Part shown: positions 21,210 through 30,696 of the stretch, piece after piece
Layout: every line of letters starts with the position of its first letter
Position numbering within the stretch: position 1 is the first letter of the stretch
NCBI GenBank assembly: GCA_965214405.1
Contig: OZ243956.1
Span: 4,320,001-4,384,000, forward strand
DNA length: 64,000 nt
Source of the DNA: Trueperaceae bacterium
GTDB taxonomy: Bacteria; Deinococcota; Deinococci; Deinococcales; Trueperaceae
Direction of reading: 5' to 3'
The notes under the pieces: model-generated
What the model saw: only the letters and a program-made list of their open reading frames with translations
What the model was told of the DNA's origin: nothing
Databases searched by the model: none
Made by a program: the position numbers and the translations under genes

Positions 21210-22547
21210 TTAAACCGCCACCCACAGCTCGGCCCGCAGTCCGTGAGGGGGGTGGGGGAGGAGCGCGAGCCGCCCCCCATGCACCTCGGCGACTTGCGCC
21301 ACCACAGTGAGGCCCAAGCCGCTCCCCGGCGTGCGCGTGCCCGGCGCGCGGTAGAACGCCTCGGTCGCGCGCGCGGTAGCTTCGGGTGACAAGCCCGGCC
21401 CGGTATCGGTCACGCTCAACACCGCGAAGTTCTGTCCCGAGACTCCAGAGACGGGGCGGGACTCGAGTCCAACCCCAACGTCTGCACCCGGCGCGTGCTT
21501 TTTGGCATTTTCTAAGAGGTTGACGAGCGCTTGCCGCAGCAAAAGGGGGTCGCCTGAAAGCTCGAGCGTCTCCGGTCCCTTATAGACAACGTTCGCCTCT
21601 TCCGCTACTTCTTTAGCCAGACCCGCCACATTCACCCCCACCCGCTGCGTCCGGCCTTCGCGCGCCAGCGTCAGCAGCGCTTCGCTAAGGCGCGTCATCC
21701 GTGTGACCTCGCCCTCGAGCACGGCAAAGGTTTCTTCAGCGCCCGCGTAGCCCTCGCGGTAGGACGAAAGCTGGAGCTTCATGGCCGTGAGCGGCGTGCG
21801 CAACTCGTGCGAGGCGCTTCTCGTAAAGGCGCTCTCGCGCCCGCGAAAAGCTGCCAAGCGCTCCAACATCCGGTTAAAGGTCGCGCTCAACTCACCCAGC
21901 TCCCCGCCGCCCGTTTGGGGCACCCGCAGGGACAAGTCGCCCGAGGTCGCCACCCGCTGCGCCGTCTCGAGCAGGTGTTGCAGGGGGCGCAGCGCGGGGC
22001 GGCTCAGCAGCAGCGAGGCAAGCGCGCCCAACGCCGAAACGCCTAAAACTGTGATGAGCAATGTTCGGCGGTAGCGACTCAAACTCTCGAGGAGTTCGTA
22101 GGACGAAACGGCCCCCTGAATGTAGTCCTGAATATAGCTTTCGGGCGGCCCCTGCGCGGCGCTCTCCCGGAAGCCCGGCGGCCCCGAACGCGCCGCGACG
22201 CTGCCGACGCGCCAGCTACCGTACGTTTTGGGTTTCGACGCAAATTCGACCGGCACGTCCGCCGGAAAATCGTCCGTCTGCGCGACCACCTGACCTTCCC
22301 TGACAACACGCGCCCTCACGACGTAGCCCTCGAAAAGTTCGTTGAGGATTGGCGCGTCACGGGAGCCGCCGCGCGGGCCACGCTCTCGCTGTGAGGTTTG
22401 GAGCTGCGTCAGGTACAAACGCAAGGTGCGGTCCAAACTCGCGTACGCCTGCTGCCGAAAACTCAGGTACCCGAACACGCCTTGCGTAAGGAGCGCCGCG
22501 GCGATGGCGAGCGCGATAAAGAGCGCGAGCCGGGTTCTTAAACTCAC
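21210..22547 (-). CDS. HAMP-domain sensor histidine kinase
   Basis: 2 TM, HAMP, ASHELRTPLT, NLLENAKKH, DTGPG, GSGLGL. Confidence 0.95.
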   Translation of the reverse strand: MSLRTRLALFIALAIAAALLTQGVFGYLSFRQQAYASLDRTLRLYLTQLQTSQRERGPRGGSRDAPILNELFEGYVVRARVVREGQVVAQTDDFPADVPVEFASKPKTYGSWRVGSVAARSGPPGFRESAAQGPPESYIQDYIQGAVSSYELLESLSRYRRTLLITVLGVSALGALASLLLSRPALRPLQHLLETAQRVATSGDLSLRVPQTGGGELGELSATFNRMLERLAAFRGRESAFTRSASHELRTPLTAMKLQLSSYREGYAGAEETFAVLEGEVTRMTRLSEALLTLAREGRTQRVGVNVAGLAKEVAEEANVVYKGPETLELSGDPLLLRQALVNLLENAKKHAPGADVGVGLESRPVSGVSGQNFAVLSVTDTGPGLSPEATARATEAFYRAPGTRTPGSGLGLTVVAQVAEVHGGRLALLPHPPHGLRAELWVAV

Positions 22548-23209
22548 GCGTCCCCTACGCCCAAGCGGTAGCCCCCCGGCACGGTGCGAACCACCTCCGC
22601 GGAAAGTTTGTTCCTAAGATGATGCACGCAGACCTTGACCACCCCGGTGTGAGTCGCCTCGTCGCCCCAGATAAGATCCACCAGCTCTTCCGAACGGTAG
22701 ATGCGGCCCGGTGAGAGCGCCAGACGTTCCAACAGCGCGTATTCGCGGCTCGAGAGACCCACCGGCACCCCCTGCCAACGCACGCTGCGGCTGGTCAGGT
22801 CGAGTTCTAAAGGCCCATATTCAATACGGCTCGTTTTGGTTTCGTGAACACGCCGCAAAAGCGCGCGCACCCGCGCCAAGAGTTCGGGCAGGTCAAAGGG
22901 TTTGACCACGTAGTCGTCGCCGCCTTCGTCCAGACCCATCACGCGGTCTTCCAACGCGTCTCGAGCGGTCATGAACAAAATCGGGCCGGTGTAGCCCGCG
23001 GCCCTGGCCTCGCGCGCCAGCACAAAGCCGCCGTCCTCGCTCTCGGGCAAGCGCACGTCCAAGAGCATCAGGTCGGGCTCGGCCTCCAAAAAGAGGTCTC
23101 GAGCCGTTGCCAGGTCGGGCGCGTGCCGCACCTTGTGGCCCTGGGCTGAGAGCGCGCGCAAAACGGGTGTGGCGATGTTGGCTTCGTCTTCGACCAGGAG
23201 GAGTCGCAC
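22544..23209 (-). CDS. OmpR-family response regulator
   Basis: LLLVEDE, LLDVRLP, DDYVVKPF, winged-helix end RTVPGGYRLG; GTG 6 nt after TAGGCT. Confidence 0.95.
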   Translation of the reverse strand: MRLLLVEDEANIATPVLRALSAQGHKVRHAPDLATARDLFLEAEPDLMLLDVRLPESEDGGFVLAREARAAGYTGPILFMTARDALEDRVMGLDEGGDDYVVKPFDLPELLARVRALLRRVHETKTSRIEYGPLELDLTSRSVRWQGVPVGLSSREYALLERLALSPGRIYRSEELVDLIWGDEATHTGVVKVCVHHLRNKLSAEVVRTVPGGYRLGVGDA

Positions 23210-23305
23210 GCTTTTAGCCTACTTTATTCACGAGATAAGCATTCACGTTCGCTCCTCACGCTTCGACCAAGCGTCCCCAGGCATTTATGTGCAAGGTTGA
23301 GGTAA

Positions 23306-24061
23306 TCAACCGGTATAAAGTCCGATGTCGAAGCTTGCCATATAGCCGCCCTCGGTCCCTGTGGGCTCGAGCAGCAGCCCCGCCCCACCCTGCCGAAAGA
23401 TGCCGTCCTGCTCATTTTTAAGCGTGCGGTAACCCTTCGAGGCATAAGGCTCGCGCGCGTGTATCACGTCAGTAACGTCTTCATCAAAGAAGAATTGCGA
23501 GGTGAATTCGACGTTTCGTCCCCCCAACTCGCCGCGCACCTTGAAGTGAATATGGACCGCCCGCCCCTGATACCAACCCGGGTAGACGGTTATAAAACGC
23601 ACTTCGCCGTTATCATCGGTGACCTGATAACCGCGCAGCCAGTTCTGCCCGGTGGTGTCGAAGCTCCGGTCTCGCACGCCCGAATAGACGCCCAACGCGT
23701 CGCAGTGCCACACGTCCACCTGGGCGTTGGCAAGCGGTTCACAGCCGTTGCCAATCTCAAAAACGCGCAGGGCTAACGCGAGCGGCGCGCCCTCTTTAAC
23801 CTCGCCCGTCTGGGTGTCGGTGCGGAGGTCCGAACGGTCGAGGTTTTCGTCCACGAAATAGGGGCCTTCGGTGAGTTCCGGGGTGACGATGCAGGAGGGG
23901 TAGGTAACCGCTCCGCCCGTGCTTCCATCTATACCGCCGCTCGCGCCGCCCGACTGCCCCACCGAGCAGCCGACCAGCACCGCGGCCCCCGTCGTTCCTA
24001 AAAGCGTAAGAACCTCTCTGCGGCTCAGGACGCGCCCTACGGGTAGATCGTCGTTGTCCAT
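23306..24061 (-). CDS. Intradiol ring-cleavage dioxygenase-like Tat lipoprotein
   Basis: SRREVL twin-arginine motif plus VLVGC lipobox; EGPYF, WHCDALGVYSG, PGWYQGRAVHIHFK. Confidence 0.88.
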   Translation of the reverse strand: MDNDDLPVGRVLSRREVLTLLGTTGAAVLVGCSVGQSGGASGGIDGSTGGAVTYPSCIVTPELTEGPYFVDENLDRSDLRTDTQTGEVKEGAPLALALRVFEIGNGCEPLANAQVDVWHCDALGVYSGVRDRSFDTTGQNWLRGYQVTDDNGEVRFITVYPGWYQGRAVHIHFKVRGELGGRNVEFTSQFFFDEDVTDVIHAREPYASKGYRTLKNEQDGIFRQGGAGLLLEPTGTEGGYMASFDIGLYTG

Positions 24062-24092
24062 CTTCAGCTCCTTTTGCTTTTATTCTCTGCTG

Positions 24093-24128
24093 AAGCGCGC
24101 CGCGGCGATGGTTGCGCGCGGCGCGCTT
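24093..24128. other. Strong intra-operonic hairpin
   Basis: AAGCGCGCCGCG-12 nt-CGCGGCGCGCTT. Confidence 0.65.
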
Positions 24129-24154
24129 AGCGGTTAGTCTACTAAACTCTCAAC

Positions 24155-24919
24155 TTACCTGCGCCCGCGGCGACCCTGGTCGAAACCAGGTGGGCCGGAA
24201 CCACGCGAGTCGAAACCCTGCGCTTGCGCTTCGGCCAAGTTGACCGTGTACGTTTGCGGACTTGTCGTAACTGTTACGAACGTAGCGTTCTCGGCAGCGG
24301 TGGCGAAGGAGTCCGCAAAGCCCGCCTCGCTGTCTTGCCCATAGGTAAAGCTGAGCGTGTCGGTAACTTGTCCGTTGGCTGCGGGGTCGCCGCTATAAAA
24401 GGTGGCGGTGAGGGTGCCGTCCTCTTGTAAGCCTCGAGCCCCCGCCAGCTCACGCGGCAACAGACCCCGGCCATTCAAAGGCGTCGTGACCTTGGAAAGG
24501 TCCACCGTACGCGTCTGCTCGCCAACATTAACCGTCGCGTACTGGGCGTTTTGCTGCGCCTCATCTAAGGCTTGCGCGAAGGCGACTTCGCTGTCTTGAC
24601 CGTAGGCGAAGTTGAGCGTGTCCGTGACGTTGCCGCCCGCCGCGGGGTCGCCGTCATAGAAGGTCGTTTGGACCGTCGTACCGAGCGCCAAGCGCCCGAA
24701 GGGGAAACTGCGCCCGCCAAAGTCGTCAAGGTCACCAAAGCCGTGGTGCCCTTGGCCCAAGAACGGGGTGGCGTCGCGCTGCACGCTGTCACTTTGCACA
24801 CCGCCAGTCCCGGCCCCGCCGCTCTGCGCGCCCCCGGTGACTTGCGCCCCGACCAGGCTGCCGCCGATGAGAAGGCCCGCCGCAGCGAGCGCGAGGAGAA
24901 TTGTTTTCGTCTCTTTCAT
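24155..24919 (-). CDS. Secreted hypothetical protein with an internally duplicated ~62-aa domain
   Basis: Signal peptide ending VGAQ; two copies of GT...TFY.GDPAA.G.VTDTL.F.YGQDSE..FA...; SD AAGGAG. Confidence 0.8.
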   Translation of the reverse strand: MKETKTILLALAAAGLLIGGSLVGAQVTGGAQSGGAGTGGVQSDSVQRDATPFLGQGHHGFGDLDDFGGRSFPFGRLALGTTVQTTFYDGDPAAGGNVTDTLNFAYGQDSEVAFAQALDEAQQNAQYATVNVGEQTRTVDLSKVTTPLNGRGLLPRELAGARGLQEDGTLTATFYSGDPAANGQVTDTLSFTYGQDSEAGFADSFATAAENATFVTVTTSPQTYTVNLAEAQAQGFDSRGSGPPGFDQGRRGRR

Positions 24920-24987
24920 GTTTTGCTCCTTTCGTTTCTAGCAGAGCCCGTTTTCGGGCTTTTGCTAGAAAGAGCTTAGGAGCACGC

Positions 24988-25028
24988 GGTTACGGGCGGG
25001 TTATCGGCGTCGTAACCGGCTCATAACC
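24988..25028 (-). promoter_or_regulatory. Candidate OmpR-type operator (GGTTA-N6-GGTTA-N9-TAACC-N6-TAACC)
   Basis: 11-bp-period direct repeats just upstream of the minus-strand -10 TAAGCT (24973-24978). Confidence 0.5.
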
Positions 25029-25265
25029 GAACGAGGTTGGCGTGCGAGACGCAGAGGGAGCGTTAACAGTTTCCTGAACTTTTGCAACGCGGCTCGAGTC
25101 GCGCTCAATCTCTGCGTTCTTGTCACCGCGCCTATAAGGACGCGTCGGCTTTGCAGCGTGCGCTGAGCAGGCTGTATGACGGCGTGGTGGCTAGGCTGCC
25201 GAAGCTCGAGTCGCTAATCCGCGACGTCTCGAGTTTTGAAACTTGAAGCTGACTCTCGCGTCCTG

Positions 25266-25303
25266 CAGCAGGGAACAGTCCGGTTTGAGCGAGATGCAGT
25301 CTG
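25266..25303 (+). mobile_element. Partial (5') copy of the MITE-like repeat
   Basis: CAGCAGGGAACAGTCCGGTTTGAGCGAGATGCAGTCTG versus copy 2 TAGCAGGTGTCATCTGGTTTGAGCGAGATTCAGTCTG. Confidence 0.6.
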
Positions 25304-25622
25304 GCGACGGCATCTCATACGAGTTTGCATTCATTACTGAGCAGGCGAAACCCTGCCCGCTCATCCATTACTGCAAACCCGTCTCCTTTTTCACTCGCTC
25401 TGCTCGTCCTTAACTTCTTTGCTGCGCTCAGTCGTCAAGGCAAAATGGTATCATAAAGCGAATCTCGCTCAACTTCTGGTGTAACCCAGGAAGTTTACAG
25501 ACCTCACGCTTTTCTCGCATTTTTTGGAACAAAAGCAGTAACCAACGGCGTCTAGCGACCCGGCAAGATAAACGGCGAAATCGTCCAATAAACGTTCTCG
25601 AACCGCTCAACCTCCGCGTGGG

Positions 25623-26432
25623 TCAAGCGTCTCCCAGGGTGAGGGCGGCCTCGAGCGCCGCCACCACGCCGCAGTCGTCCACTTCGCCGACGACTCTCTC
25701 AAAGCGTGACCGCATCTTTTCGGGCGCGTTGCCCATCACGACGGGGTGGCCGACGAGCTCGAGCATGGGCAAGTCGCCCGTCGAGTCGCCCACGCCCATC
25801 ACGTTCTCCAAAGACACCCTGAGCGTGTCGGCGAGTTCGCGGGCGGCGGCCCCCTTGGAGACGCCCTTGCGGGTGATGCTTACGAAAAGCGTGTCGGGCA
25901 TCATGGGTGACGTGGCCTGGGAGAACTGGAGACCCGCGGGCGCGAACGACTCGGCGGCGTCTAATTGGTCGGGGCGAATCACCCACTGCGCGCGCACCAC
26001 GGGCTCATTTTCGGCAACGTCATTAAGGTCGTGGACGATGGCCGTGACGCCGATCATCTTGGCGTGGGCCTCGCTCAGGGGCGTTTTGCGCTCGACGAAG
26101 AGGGTGCTGGGGGTGTAGAGCTCCAAGACCAGCGAGCGGCTGCGGGCGTGCTCGATAAGTCCTTTGGTCAGCGCCTCTTTGAGCGCGAACGCCTGGAGCG
26201 TCTCGCCGCTGCCGTAGGCCAAAAGCGCGCCGCTCTGAAAGATGTGCGGGGTGTTGGGTCCCAACCGCTGCGCCACGCGCTGCGCCACGCCCGCGCAGGG
26301 GCGGCCCGTGCAGACGGCCAACTTGACGCCGCCCGCTCGAGCCTTTTCCGCCGCCTCCCACACGCAGTCTTTCACCCCGCCGGAGGAGCCTATCAGGGTC
26401 CCGTCGATGTCGAGCAGCACGAGCGGAATCAC
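25623..26432 (-). CDS. Cof-type HAD hydrolase
   Basis: LDIDGTL, CTGRP, VSKG, GDSTGDLPML. Confidence 0.93.
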   Translation of the reverse strand: MIPLVLLDIDGTLIGSSGGVKDCVWEAAEKARAGGVKLAVCTGRPCAGVAQRVAQRLGPNTPHIFQSGALLAYGSGETLQAFALKEALTKGLIEHARSRSLVLELYTPSTLFVERKTPLSEAHAKMIGVTAIVHDLNDVAENEPVVRAQWVIRPDQLDAAESFAPAGLQFSQATSPMMPDTLFVSITRKGVSKGAAARELADTLRVSLENVMGVGDSTGDLPMLELVGHPVVMGNAPEKMRSRFERVVGEVDDCGVVAALEAALTLGDA

Positions 26433-28246
26433 GAGGTGGGCTCTAGACTGCGTTCCGGTTCGATATCGACCTGAGATGCGCCGCTGGATTCATCAACCAC
26501 GCGCAGGTGGAGCTCATTGAGTTGCGCGGGCTCCAAAGGCCCCGGCGCGCCCGTTAGGGGGTCCGCGCCCCGCTGATTTTTGGGAAACGCGATCACGTCG
26601 CGGATGCTCCTCGTCTTGGCGAGCAGCATGACCAGGCGGTCGAGCCCCCAGGCGATGCCGCCGTGGGGCGGCGCGCCGTAAGCGAGCGCGTCCAAAAAGA
26701 AGCCGAAACGCGCCTGCGCTTCTTCGTCGGAAAAACCCAGCGCCTCGAACATCCTTTTCTGAACGTCCAGACGGTGGATACGCAGCGAGCCGCCGCCGAC
26801 CTCGTTGCCGTTAAGCACCAGGTCGTACGCCCAGGCGCGGACGCTTTGTGGGTCGGTCTCGAGCCTCGCTAGGTCTTCATCCAAGGGCCGGGTAAAGGGA
26901 TGGTGCATGTACGTCATGCCCCCGTCCTCCTCCACGCTCAGGAGCGGGAAATCTACCACCCAGAGGAAGTTGAGCGCGTTCTCGTCGGCTACTCCTAAGT
27001 CACGCCCGAGCTTGAGCCGCACCGCGCCGAGCGCTTCGCAAGCGCCCAGCCAGGCGTCGGCTATGAGCAGGAGCAGGTCGCCCGGTTCGGGCGCGTGTGT
27101 TTTGAGCCCCGCCACCTCGCGCTCTGACAAAAATTTGGCGATGGGTCCGCTAAACCCTTCCTCGTCGCGGCGCAGCCAGGCCAGACCCTTGGCCCCGTGG
27201 CGTTTGGCGTGGGCCTCAAGCTCGCTCAAACCCTTGCGGCTGAGCGTGGTCGCGTGTTCGGCAACCACGGGCAAGGCTTTAATCACGCCGCCCGCCTCCA
27301 ACACGCTCCCGAAGCCGCGAAACTCGGTGCCGGTGAATGTTTCGGACACGTCCGTCAGCTCGAGCCCAAAGCGGGTGTCGGGTTTGTCCGAGCCAAAGCG
27401 GTTCATCGCCCCTAAGTACGAAAGGCGCGGGAAGGGTGTCTCGATATCGCGGCCCAGCGCCTCCTCGACCACGTGCTGCATCAGCCTCTCGTTGAGTTCC
27501 AACACATCTTCTTGCGTGACGAACGACATTTCTAAGTCGAGCTGGGTAAAGTCGGGCTGCCTATCGGCGCGGCTGTCCTCGTCGCGGAAGCAGCGCGCGA
27601 GCTGGAAGTAGCGGTCAAAGCCGCCCATCATCAGCATCTGTTTGAAAAGCTGCGGGGACTGCGGCAGCGCGTAAAAGTTTCCTGCCGTCCCCCGCGTAGG
27701 CACCACGTAGTCGCGCGCGCCCTCGGGCGTCGAGAGCGTTAACAGGGGCGTTTCTATTTGGATAAACCCTTCGCGGTCTAAAAAGTCCCAGATGGCCTTG
27801 CTGATGCGGTGGCGCAAGAGGAGCGGGCGCGCGGCCTCGGCGCGGCGCAGGTCTAGGTAGCGGTAGCGCAGACGCAGGTCTTCGCTCACATCATTCGCGT
27901 CCACGCTGCCGTCGACCTGAAAGGGCGGCGTCTGGGCCTCGGAAAGCACGGTGATGCCGTCGGCGACGACTTCGATAGCGCCCGTGGGGCCGTCCATCCG
28001 CTCCCCCTCCGGGCGCAGGCGGACGGTACCCGACACCTCCACCACGTATTCGCTATGGAGCGTTTTCGCTCTTTCAAAAGCCGCGGTTCCCGGCTCCACG
28101 GTCACCTGCACCGTGCCCGCGCGGTCGCGGAGGACGACGAAAACGACGCCCCCCTTGTTGCGCACGCGGTTGACCCAGCCTTGCAGGACGACCTTGTGCC
28201 CTGCGTGTTCGGCGCGCAACGCGCCGCAGTAGTCTGTTCGTCTCAT
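26429..28246 (-). CDS. aspS: Aspartate-tRNA ligase (bacterial type)
   Basis: RTDYCG, STPEGARDY, ALPQSPQLFKQ, CFRDEDSRADRQP, GAPPHGGIAWGLDR. Confidence 0.98.
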   Translation of the reverse strand: MRRTDYCGALRAEHAGHKVVLQGWVNRVRNKGGVVFVVLRDRAGTVQVTVEPGTAAFERAKTLHSEYVVEVSGTVRLRPEGERMDGPTGAIEVVADGITVLSEAQTPPFQVDGSVDANDVSEDLRLRYRYLDLRRAEAARPLLLRHRISKAIWDFLDREGFIQIETPLLTLSTPEGARDYVVPTRGTAGNFYALPQSPQLFKQMLMMGGFDRYFQLARCFRDEDSRADRQPDFTQLDLEMSFVTQEDVLELNERLMQHVVEEALGRDIETPFPRLSYLGAMNRFGSDKPDTRFGLELTDVSETFTGTEFRGFGSVLEAGGVIKALPVVAEHATTLSRKGLSELEAHAKRHGAKGLAWLRRDEEGFSGPIAKFLSEREVAGLKTHAPEPGDLLLLIADAWLGACEALGAVRLKLGRDLGVADENALNFLWVVDFPLLSVEEDGGMTYMHHPFTRPLDEDLARLETDPQSVRAWAYDLVLNGNEVGGGSLRIHRLDVQKRMFEALGFSDEEAQARFGFFLDALAYGAPPHGGIAWGLDRLVMLLAKTRSIRDVIAFPKNQRGADPLTGAPGPLEPAQLNELHLRVVDESSGASQVDIEPERSLEPTS

Positions 28247-28374
28247 GATGACCTTTCGTTGATTGAAAAGTGGGTGGGAAGTGGTGCTTTGAGTGCAGCT
28301 TAGGCGGTGACGCCGGTCGCAACCGTAGAATTTACGACATTAAACTTAATTTGATACTAACCCAAACGTGCCGA

Positions 28375-29658
28375 CTAACCCACGGTGTCTGCGACGGGCT
28401 CGAGCCCTCCAGCAAGAAACAAAGCCAGCTCGTTCTCCCTTACAAAGCTCTGCGCCCCGCTCGCCAGGTGCTTGAGCGCGTAGCCGCCCTTTACGCGCTC
28501 CTCCGGCCCGCGCAGCCCTGCGTAAACCGCCTCCGCCCGGTCTGCGTCGCGCAGGCCCTTGCCGGGGTTGCGCCTCGCGTAGGCATGTTCGACCGCGTAA
28601 CGCTCGCGCAGCGCGTAAGCCGTCCTAGCCACCTCAGCCACCGCCTCGTCGTCCAAAGGGACCAAAAAAAGCGCGGGCGGGGGCGCGGCGGGGAAGGTGA
28701 CATCGTCCTCTAGAAGCGCATCCAACACCCGCTCCACCCCGAAGGCCCAACCGACGCCGGGCGTGGGCGGCCCGCCCAGACTCTCCACAAGCCCGTCGTA
28801 GCGCCCCCCACCACAGAGCGCCGACTGCGCGCCGATGCCCGCGTGGTGAACCTCAAACGCGGTGCGGCGGTAGTAGTCGAGCCCACGCACGATACCGGGG
28901 TCCACCTCGAAAGGAATCTCCCAATCGCTTAAAAAGCCGCTCACCGCCTCGAAATGCGCCTTGGCTGCGGGGTTGAGGAACTCGAGCGGCCTTTTAAGAT
29001 TCTTAATAATCCGCTGGTCGCTCTCGTCTTTGCTGTCTAGCACGCGCATCGGGTTGAGTTTTAGGCGCTCTCGAGACGTGGGGGAAAGGTCGCCCGCCCT
29101 GGCCTCCAGCTCACCGCGCAGGTACGCGTTATAAGCCTCCCGGTCCTCCGGGTCGCCGACCGAGCCGAGTTTGACGGTGAGGCCTTTTAGGCCGCACGTC
29201 TCTAATACCCGGTAGAGGAGCGCGATGGCCTCCGCGTCCACAAGAGGTGACTCGAGCCCCAAAAATTCACAGTTGACCTGGTGAAACTGCCTAAAACGCC
29301 CCCGCTGCGGCCTCTCCGCCCGGAAGATGGGGCCGCGGCTCCAGAGCTTGACCGGCGTCGGGCGCGTGTGAAAGCCCCTTTCGATAAACGCGCGCATCAC
29401 GCCGCCCGTAAATTCGGGGCGCAGCGTCAGGGAGCGCCCGCCCGCGTCCTCAAAGGTGTACATCTCTTTTTGCACGACCAAATCCGACGACGCCCCCACC
29501 GACTTAACAAAAACCTCGCTCTGCTCAAAGACCGGCGGGGAGATTTCCTGCACGCCCGCGCGCCCCAAAACCTCTTCGGTGACGCTGTACACGTAACGCC
29601 AGCGTGGTTGGTCCTCGGGCAGAATGTCGTAAGTGCCTCTTACCGCTTGCAGCTTCAT
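28375..29658 (-). CDS. hisS: Histidine-tRNA ligase
   Basis: VVQKEMYTF, LRPEFT, FRAERPQRGRFRQFHQ, VRGLDYY, GGGRYDGL; start moved to ATG 29658. Confidence 0.98.
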   Translation of the reverse strand: MKLQAVRGTYDILPEDQPRWRYVYSVTEEVLGRAGVQEISPPVFEQSEVFVKSVGASSDLVVQKEMYTFEDAGGRSLTLRPEFTGGVMRAFIERGFHTRPTPVKLWSRGPIFRAERPQRGRFRQFHQVNCEFLGLESPLVDAEAIALLYRVLETCGLKGLTVKLGSVGDPEDREAYNAYLRGELEARAGDLSPTSRERLKLNPMRVLDSKDESDQRIIKNLKRPLEFLNPAAKAHFEAVSGFLSDWEIPFEVDPGIVRGLDYYRRTAFEVHHAGIGAQSALCGGGRYDGLVESLGGPPTPGVGWAFGVERVLDALLEDDVTFPAAPPPALFLVPLDDEAVAEVARTAYALRERYAVEHAYARRNPGKGLRDADRAEAVYAGLRGPEERVKGGYALKHLASGAQSFVRENELALFLAGGLEPVADTVG

Positions 29659-29747
29659 AAGCGTAGAGTCTAGCACGCTTGAAGAGGCCGGGGGAGAGGC
29701 CAGAGTGGGGGGGGTCGGGGCGAGAAAGACGGGCGTGGGGCTCGAGT

Positions 29748-30122
29748 TTAGGGCAAGTTGGCAGGCAAACCGTTACTCATCACGCCCCGCGACACGACGA
29801 ATACGTAACCGCTGCCCGCGCCCTCGGGAACGGGCACCACGATGCGCGTCGCGTTCCACGAGCTTGCGGGGGCTACTACGCCGCCGTTCCCGCTGATGTC
29901 CGCGCCCACAATCACGTAACTCTCCGCCGCGCCGCCCGAAAAACCGTCGCCAAAGTAACGCCCTTGCAAGAGCACGTCGCTTTCGTCGCCTTGCGGCACG
30001 GACACGGAAATAAGCGTGGGTAACACGTTGTTTTGTATATTGATGGAGGGGCCGCACGCGGCAAGAACACCGAGTAGGGCCGTCACAGCCAAAAGGCGAT
30101 AGGGAAAGGTCAAGCGCTTCAA
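29748..30122 (-). CDS. Small lipoprotein with IPT/TIG-like beta domain
   Basis: SD GAGGAGG plus TTG 30122; lipobox LAAC; LQGRYFG...SWNATRIVVPVP. Confidence 0.7.
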   Translation of the reverse strand: MKRLTFPYRLLAVTALLGVLAACGPSINIQNNVLPTLISVSVPQGDESDVLLQGRYFGDGFSGGAAESYVIVGADISGNGGVVAPASSWNATRIVVPVPEGAGSGYVFVVSRGVMSNGLPANLP

Positions 30123-30385
30123 AGTAGCCTCCTCGAGCGGCGCGCGGCTGGCTAAACAGGCGCACCTAAAAACACACTGAGTATAGGGGGCGCTACGGGG
30201 CGGCGCTGTGGAAGTTCTCATTCCCCGCGCGGGGTGGGGAGCCTACCTGCATTCTTTTGAGCGTGGGGTGTCCAAAGTGTTAATATCGACCCTACAAAGT
30301 GCCTTCTCAACTTCACGCGTACAGCTCCACAGGGTTGTCAGGCTGCTAAGAGTCCAGAAGTAACCAGAAGTAAAAGGAGAAACTT

Positions 30386-30589
30386 ATGACCTGGGACGAA
30401 ATCAGAACCGACTGGGACACCTATCAAGAGAACGCCAAACGCGCCTGGCCGCAGGTGCCCGCAAGCGACATCGAGGCGACCGGCGGCGACCGCGAGGCGC
30501 TTATCGATATAGTTCAAGAAAACCTCGACTTTTCGCGCGAGGCGGCGGGGCTCAAGGTGGACAACTGGGCCGAAACCCTGAACGCCTAA
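30386..30589 (+). CDS. CsbD/YjbJ-like general stress protein
   Basis: MTWDEI..DW......K..W....D....GDRE.L...Q.......EAA...VD.W pattern; SD AAGGAG. Confidence 0.75.
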   Translation: MTWDEIRTDWDTYQENAKRAWPQVPASDIEATGGDREALIDIVQENLDFSREAAGLKVDNWAETLNA

Positions 30590-30696
30590 TTCAGAGTTTT
30601 ACAGACGCTCGGTAAACGTACTGATATAAAGTTCTCTTTCAGCGACGGTGTCAATCACCTCACGTTACCCGCCCGACGGGGGGTCGTAACCCTCTT

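Noticed and set aside
25428..25610. 60-aa ORF downstream of the HAD gene
   Set aside because: No SD or family signature; lies in a degraded spacer containing a repeat fragment.
28100..28200. Discriminating versus non-discriminating AspRS from the RNKGG motif
   Set aside because: The motif matches neither usual pattern cleanly, so specificity cannot be inferred by eye.
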